Virus record (IMG/VR): IMGVR_UViG_3300008111_000027
Span: 62,001-125,300 of that record
DNA from: an uncultured virus (IMG/VR IMGVR_UViG_3300008111_000027)
Taxonomy: Duplodnaviria > Heunggongvirae > Uroviricota > Caudoviricetes
Reading direction: 5' to 3' (one strand)
Length of the DNA stretch: 63,300 bases
Made by a program: the position numbers and the translations under genes. Positions within the stretch are counted from its first letter, which is position 1; each line of letters begins with the position of its first letter. The notes under the pieces were generated by a model. That model did no database searches, was not told the origin of the DNA, and saw only the letters and a program-made list of their open reading frames with translations. Positions 59,007 to 63,300 of the stretch are shown here, one piece after another.

Positions 59007-61079
59007 ATGACAACAAGGAATTTAGCAGCATTTCAAAAAGGTTTGGTATGTTCACCAAACGACGGTCAAGATAATAGAATCGCTGTAGCGACCGTACAAT
59101 CCCACTTAATGCAATGGGGTTACATGTTAGACGAAGATGCTTTCTTCGCGTTATCCAAATCAGATTTATCGTTTATTCAAAACTTCAATGACGAGGTATT
59201 GAATCATTTGAAAAATGTAATGGGGGGTAATCGTAATTACCAACCACTATATAAGAATTTCCCACAAGAAGTGATGGTTATGTCCGACTTCGAATTGTAT
59301 ATGAACGCAATTATACACTATTGGAGTAACGGTCAATGGGAACCATCAACTCATACTTATGAAAAAGAAATCAAGTTTGAGAAAATCAAATACAACTTGA
59401 TTAAGTATGGTACTTCTGAAAGATTCTCAAAAATCTTCACTGACTTGGTATCAATCAACACATCATTAACACCTCAAGACCTTGAGATTGTTAAATGGTT
59501 TGTATCAAGTGGTGAAACATTGATTTTTCCTGACACAATTCCTTTCAAAGAGAATTTGTGTACACTCGCGGGAATGGGAATCGAGGGATTACCAGTAAAG
59601 ACTTCAACCGACGTTTTAAGAATAGCCGTTCATCTTTCAGGTGGAGACATCAGTTTACCTAAAGTTCCTGAAAAGGAAATTAGACTAAACAGATGGTCTT
59701 CTACCAAAGGAGTAAATCCTGAAAGAGAAAAGTTCAAATTCAAGAAATTCACTCGTAAAGAGAGAAAATACATCTTGGGTTTACTTGAGAACACAAACTG
59801 TGACCCAAGAGAAATGGTTTTAAGAGACCAACGATGGGTTCGTTTAGGTGAAATCTTACACCCGGGTGAGTATAAAAACCAATTCCCTAAATCTTTTGAC
59901 GCGTTCAATAAGATTAGAAACGAGAAAGTTAAATCTTGGTTCTCTCTTGTAAATGAAGGTTTCAATAAAGGTATAGAGAATGGTTTGAGAGTATTGTCTC
60001 AAAGACCCGGTGAATTCTCTCGTCGATTAGATTGGTTGGTTCGTACATATCCACAAGATATTGAAACAATCATGAAATTCTTCGGAGAAGCGGTAAAAGG
60101 TACATCGAACAAAGTATTGTTTGAAGTTTACACTCACTTTGAAGGTCGTACTGAACCTAAAACAAATAGGTCGGTTATGATTAAAGGAGCGAGAAAACGT
60201 ACCGAATTACCATCACTACCAGCAATCCCTAAAGAGATTGTGGAAACCATCCACTCTAAATTATTTGAAACACTTAGAGATAAGTTTTCATTAATGGAAT
60301 CTTTGGGTAACTGTTGGATTGATGAGGAATTAAAAAAGATTCCTCTCCCAACCAACATGAGAAGTATGAACTTCTCAACCAAACCCATCATTAGAGGTCA
60401 GCGAGTTCCACTCGATAACCCTGATGCAAAAGTTATTAGACCATTTGTTCATTGGATGGACAAGCGTGGTTCTGAAGACTTGGATTTGAGTGTTACATTT
60501 GTTGGTGAGAAAGTGTCAGAAGTACTATCTTTCAGTAATTTGAGAGTCGGTAATTCTTGTCACTCGGGGGATGTGAGACACAGACAGGGTCCTTGTGCGG
60601 AGTACATCGACATCGACATTAAAGATGCGTTAAGTCGTGGATTCAAGTACGGAGTCATTGATGTGAGAAACTACAATGGAGGTACATTAAGTTCACTTGA
60701 AACATCCTTTGGTATCATGGAGAGAGAACACCCTGAATCAAATAAAACGTGGTTACCTGAGACAATTTCAAATTGTCAATCATTAGAATCTGAGTCATCA
60801 AACACTTTGATTGCGATTATTGACTTTGAAACCAAAGAGTACATCATGTTGGACATTGATTCAAGTGGTTTTGTAACCGCCAGGAGCGACTTCAAAAACA
60901 CCCTTAAAGTAATTCAACAATACGCTGAGTTACCAAAAGTAAGTGTTTATGACCTTATTCTTCTACACGTAGAAGGTCGAGGAAAACAAGTTACTCTTGA
61001 CGAGAATGTGGATACACATTTCAAGTACGAGGACTTCTGTTACTCTTATGAAGAGACAGGTAAATTGATGGGTGTCTAA
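59007..61079 (+). CDS. large protein with C-terminal TerD-like domain
   Basis: PLYKNFP..V, IPFKENL, TDVLR, LHPGEY, RPGEFSRRLD, DLDLS, HSGDV, AEYIDID; promoter TATCTTTG 58963-58970. Confidence 0.75.
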   Translation: MTTRNLAAFQKGLVCSPNDGQDNRIAVATVQSHLMQWGYMLDEDAFFALSKSDLSFIQNFNDEVLNHLKNVMGGNRNYQPLYKNFPQEVMVMSDFELYMNAIIHYWSNGQWEPSTHTYEKEIKFEKIKYNLIKYGTSERFSKIFTDLVSINTSLTPQDLEIVKWFVSSGETLIFPDTIPFKENLCTLAGMGIEGLPVKTSTDVLRIAVHLSGGDISLPKVPEKEIRLNRWSSTKGVNPEREKFKFKKFTRKERKYILGLLENTNCDPREMVLRDQRWVRLGEILHPGEYKNQFPKSFDAFNKIRNEKVKSWFSLVNEGFNKGIENGLRVLSQRPGEFSRRLDWLVRTYPQDIETIMKFFGEAVKGTSNKVLFEVYTHFEGRTEPKTNRSVMIKGARKRTELPSLPAIPKEIVETIHSKLFETLRDKFSLMESLGNCWIDEELKKIPLPTNMRSMNFSTKPIIRGQRVPLDNPDAKVIRPFVHWMDKRGSEDLDLSVTFVGEKVSEVLSFSNLRVGNSCHSGDVRHRQGPCAEYIDIDIKDALSRGFKYGVIDVRNYNGGTLSSLETSFGIMEREHPESNKTWLPETISNCQSLESESSNTLIAIIDFETKEYIMLDIDSSGFVTARSDFKNTLKVIQQYAELPKVSVYDLILLHVEGRGKQVTLDENVDTHFKYEDFCYSYEETGKLMGV

Positions 61080-61107
61080 ACCCACCCATCAGTTCTTTGA
61101 AATATTA

Positions 61108-61502
61108 TATGTGGCTATGTGAGCCATTGAGAGGATAGTCAACTGTCCATTACATCAAACCACGGAGTGGTTCTGTTTTGGACCTTAGCGGTGACAAAAG
61201 TATCAATGCAAACGTCTTACTTCTAACACACAACTATCAGATACATCGTTAGACACACAATCTCCACATAACTTCTTAGACGGCTATGTATTGGGTTACT
61301 TCTATCAAACAATTGGATGTTAAACCACCCGCACTCTTTCCGTTAATCATCTTAAGTGGCTATCTATCAACTTACTTCTAAAATTTAAGCTAAAAATCAA
61401 AAATCAGTTGTAGTCTTTCCACTTTTAAAATACACATGGCTATGTGTTCAGTTACTTCTACTTTGACTATTAATCAAAACCAATTACTGACACAGTTTCC
61501 AT
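61108..61502 (+). ncRNA. array of four related structured RNAs (GGCTAT...TTACTTCTA...T(T/C)TCC)
   Basis: units 61108-61270, 61279-61344, 61354-61424, 61436-61502 with covarying stems; boxA-like motif at 61092. Confidence 0.75.
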
Positions 61503-61544
61503 TTTTTAAAAACAACAAAATAAACAACATTTAAAACAACAATT

Positions 61545-61991
61545 ATGTCAACAAAGACCACCGATGAAAAAGTAAAAGAACTATTTGATTTAGTTCAAAG
61601 TAAAAAATTAGCAATTGAAAAAGCCGAAAGGCCTTGTTGGAAAACCAGTGGTAACTTCGGTTACTCAGCAAATTCCGCACATGACAGAACATCGATTCCA
61701 ACTATTACAGATGTACGTAAAATCGTAGAGATGTACGCATTTCTTATGGAAAGAAAAGATAAATCCGAATCTGCAGCCAAAGAACTTGGTGTGAATTATA
61801 AATTCACTTGGTTAGGATTTACTGTCGATGAGTGGAAAGACGATTTTCAAACAAGAGTTAATCAAATTTCAATTCAAGAAAAACGTAAAGAACTTTCTGA
61901 AATCGAATCTCGTTTGAACTCATTAATTTCACCAGAATTAAAAGCTCAAATGGAATTGGAAGCAATTACAGAGTTACTTAACGAAAAGTAA
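61545..61991 (+). CDS. hypothetical coiled-coil protein
   Basis: ORF directly after the RNA array; F.WLGFTV.EW..D. Confidence 0.75.
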   Translation: MSTKTTDEKVKELFDLVQSKKLAIEKAERPCWKTSGNFGYSANSAHDRTSIPTITDVRKIVEMYAFLMERKDKSESAAKELGVNYKFTWLGFTVDEWKDDFQTRVNQISIQEKRKELSEIESRLNSLISPELKAQMELEAITELLNEK

Positions 61992-62050
61992 TTTCTTGGT
62001 TTTTTGAAACCAAGTGGTGGAGTCGAACCGTAAAACCGGTCGTCCCGAGG

Positions 62051-62081
62051 AAGGGTTGGGTAACCGACCCTTTCTTTTTTT
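62051..62081 (+). terminator. intrinsic terminator
   Basis: AAGGGTTGG GTAA CCGACCCTT + U tract. Confidence 0.75.
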
Positions 62082-62107
62082 GAATATTTTTTAGTATATT
62101 TACATAT

Positions 62108-62827
62108 ATGAGAATTGTTTGTATATCCGACACCCATTCCTTACATGAAGGAATGTTATATAACATCCCAAATGGGGATATATTAATCCATGCTGGTGAT
62201 TGTACAAACGTCGGTCGACAAAACGAGGTGAGAGAGTTTATTGAATGGTTTCAAAACATTGAAGGTTTTACCTATAAAATTTTCATTGCGGGTAATCATG
62301 ATTTTGCGTTTGAAAGGGAACCAACATGGTTAAATTTATATTTGGACCCAAACATATTGGCGGAACATAATGTTACATATTTGGAAGACGGTGAATTAGA
62401 AATAGTTAGTTCGGAATTTTCAAGACCTATAAAAATATATGGTTCACCATGGCAACCTGAATTTTTTGATTGGGCATTCAACTTACCAAGAAATGGGGAT
62501 GTCTTGAAATCGAGATGGGATGACATACCTAACAATACTGACATATTAATTACTCACGGTCCACCACATGGAATTAGAGATTTTACACCTAATAACTTAC
62601 AGGTTGGATGTGAATTATTAAGAGAACGTGTTGAAGTTTTAAAACCACTTTTACATGTTTTTGGTCATATACATGGTGCTTATGGTATTGTGGAAATGAA
62701 TGATACTGTATTTGTAAATGCATCAACGTGTACTGAAAGGTATCAACCAATAAATAAACCATGGGTTTTTGATTTAACAGAAATTGATGGTATATTTACA
62801 ATAAATTTTATAGACGAAGAAAATTAA
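62108..62827 (+). CDS. metallophosphoesterase (calcineurin-like)
   Basis: SDTH, HAGD, GNHD, THGPP, GHIH. Confidence 0.92.
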   Translation: MRIVCISDTHSLHEGMLYNIPNGDILIHAGDCTNVGRQNEVREFIEWFQNIEGFTYKIFIAGNHDFAFEREPTWLNLYLDPNILAEHNVTYLEDGELEIVSSEFSRPIKIYGSPWQPEFFDWAFNLPRNGDVLKSRWDDIPNNTDILITHGPPHGIRDFTPNNLQVGCELLRERVEVLKPLLHVFGHIHGAYGIVEMNDTVFVNASTCTERYQPINKPWVFDLTEIDGIFTINFIDEEN

Positions 62828-62854
62828 CTATCTTTGTCCTGTTCTTTGACTTAT

Positions 62855-63253
62855 GGGGGTGTATGGAATCGATTGGCGTACATATGGTAAATGGGCACGT
62901 AGTCAGACTTCATCTATGACTTTAATCCATGGTGGAAATTTTTAAGCGGCAACGTTTACAACAACATGGAAGTAGCAGGTCTTCTTGCAACTTCTAAAGT
63001 TGCGGCCTAATTGGTCGTAACTGACGGGTCGATGGACACATAACCTTGGAACAGAAGTCCTTACGGTGTGATACCACCTTAGAGTGTCAAAGGTCTCGTT
63101 CAGAGTGCTACCTATTAAAGTGAACTCGACACAGTTGATGGTAACGATGTCAAAATAGGAACCACCTATTTGTCGGTTATGAATAATCGAATAAACGTGT
63201 AGTCCATTTATGGTATTGCGAGCAAGACGCGGGTTCGAAACCCGCCACCTCCA
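62855..63253 (+). ncRNA. ssrA: tmRNA
   Basis: GGGGGTG/CACCTCC-A acceptor with G3:U, T-arm GCGGG TTCGAAA CCCGC, tag ORF 62948-63010 GNVYNNMEVAGLLATSKVAA*. Confidence 0.92.
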
Positions 63254-63261
63254 CAAAAAAG

Positions 63262-63287
63262 AAACCCACCAATTGGTGGGTTTTTTT
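63262..63287 (+). terminator. intrinsic terminator after tmRNA
   Basis: AAACCCACC AATT GGTGGGTTT + U tract. Confidence 0.85.
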
Positions 63288-63300
63288 GTTTATTCTTTAG

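Noticed and set aside
61108..61502. CRISPR mini-array interpretation of the repeats
   Set aside because: Conserved parts are short and split, stems covary instead of being identical repeats, and no cas gene is present in the window.
62942..63256. 104-aa minus-strand ORF
   Set aside because: Antisense shadow of tmRNA.
1..63300. Stop-codon reassignment or suppressor tRNA
   Set aside because: Core genes are intact in code 11, and no CTA/TCA/TTA anticodon was found among the tRNAs.

Overview
Segment of a large T4-like (myovirus-type) phage genome, AT-rich, translated with the standard code. The host is very probably a Bacteroidota (TAnnTTTG promoters, T9SS-type C-terminal domain protein, bS21 gene). 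It holds a family B DNA polymerase, nucleotide-metabolism and glycosyltransferase genes, a gp55-like sigma factor, baseplate/neck genes, the head module (terminase, portal, protease, scaffold/major capsid) with ribosomal protein bS21, a ClpC-like ATPase, an RNA-repair trio, a secreted cohesin/dockerin/CsgG-like operon, 26 tRNAs plus a tRNA-Phe fragment in two operons, several unexplained structured RNAs, and tmRNA. Main discovery: each tRNA operon is preceded by promoter -> short unannotated leader ORF -> antiterminator/terminator. The codons of each leader match the anticodon set of its own downstream operon, down to isoacceptor level. This suggests translation-coupled attenuation that switches on phage tRNAs when the matching host tRNAs fail. 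Second highlight: a boxA-led array of four structurally conserved small RNAs with variable loops downstream of a TerD-domain gene. Several apparent short deletions (capsid gene twice, tRNA-Phe) may be assembly artefacts.
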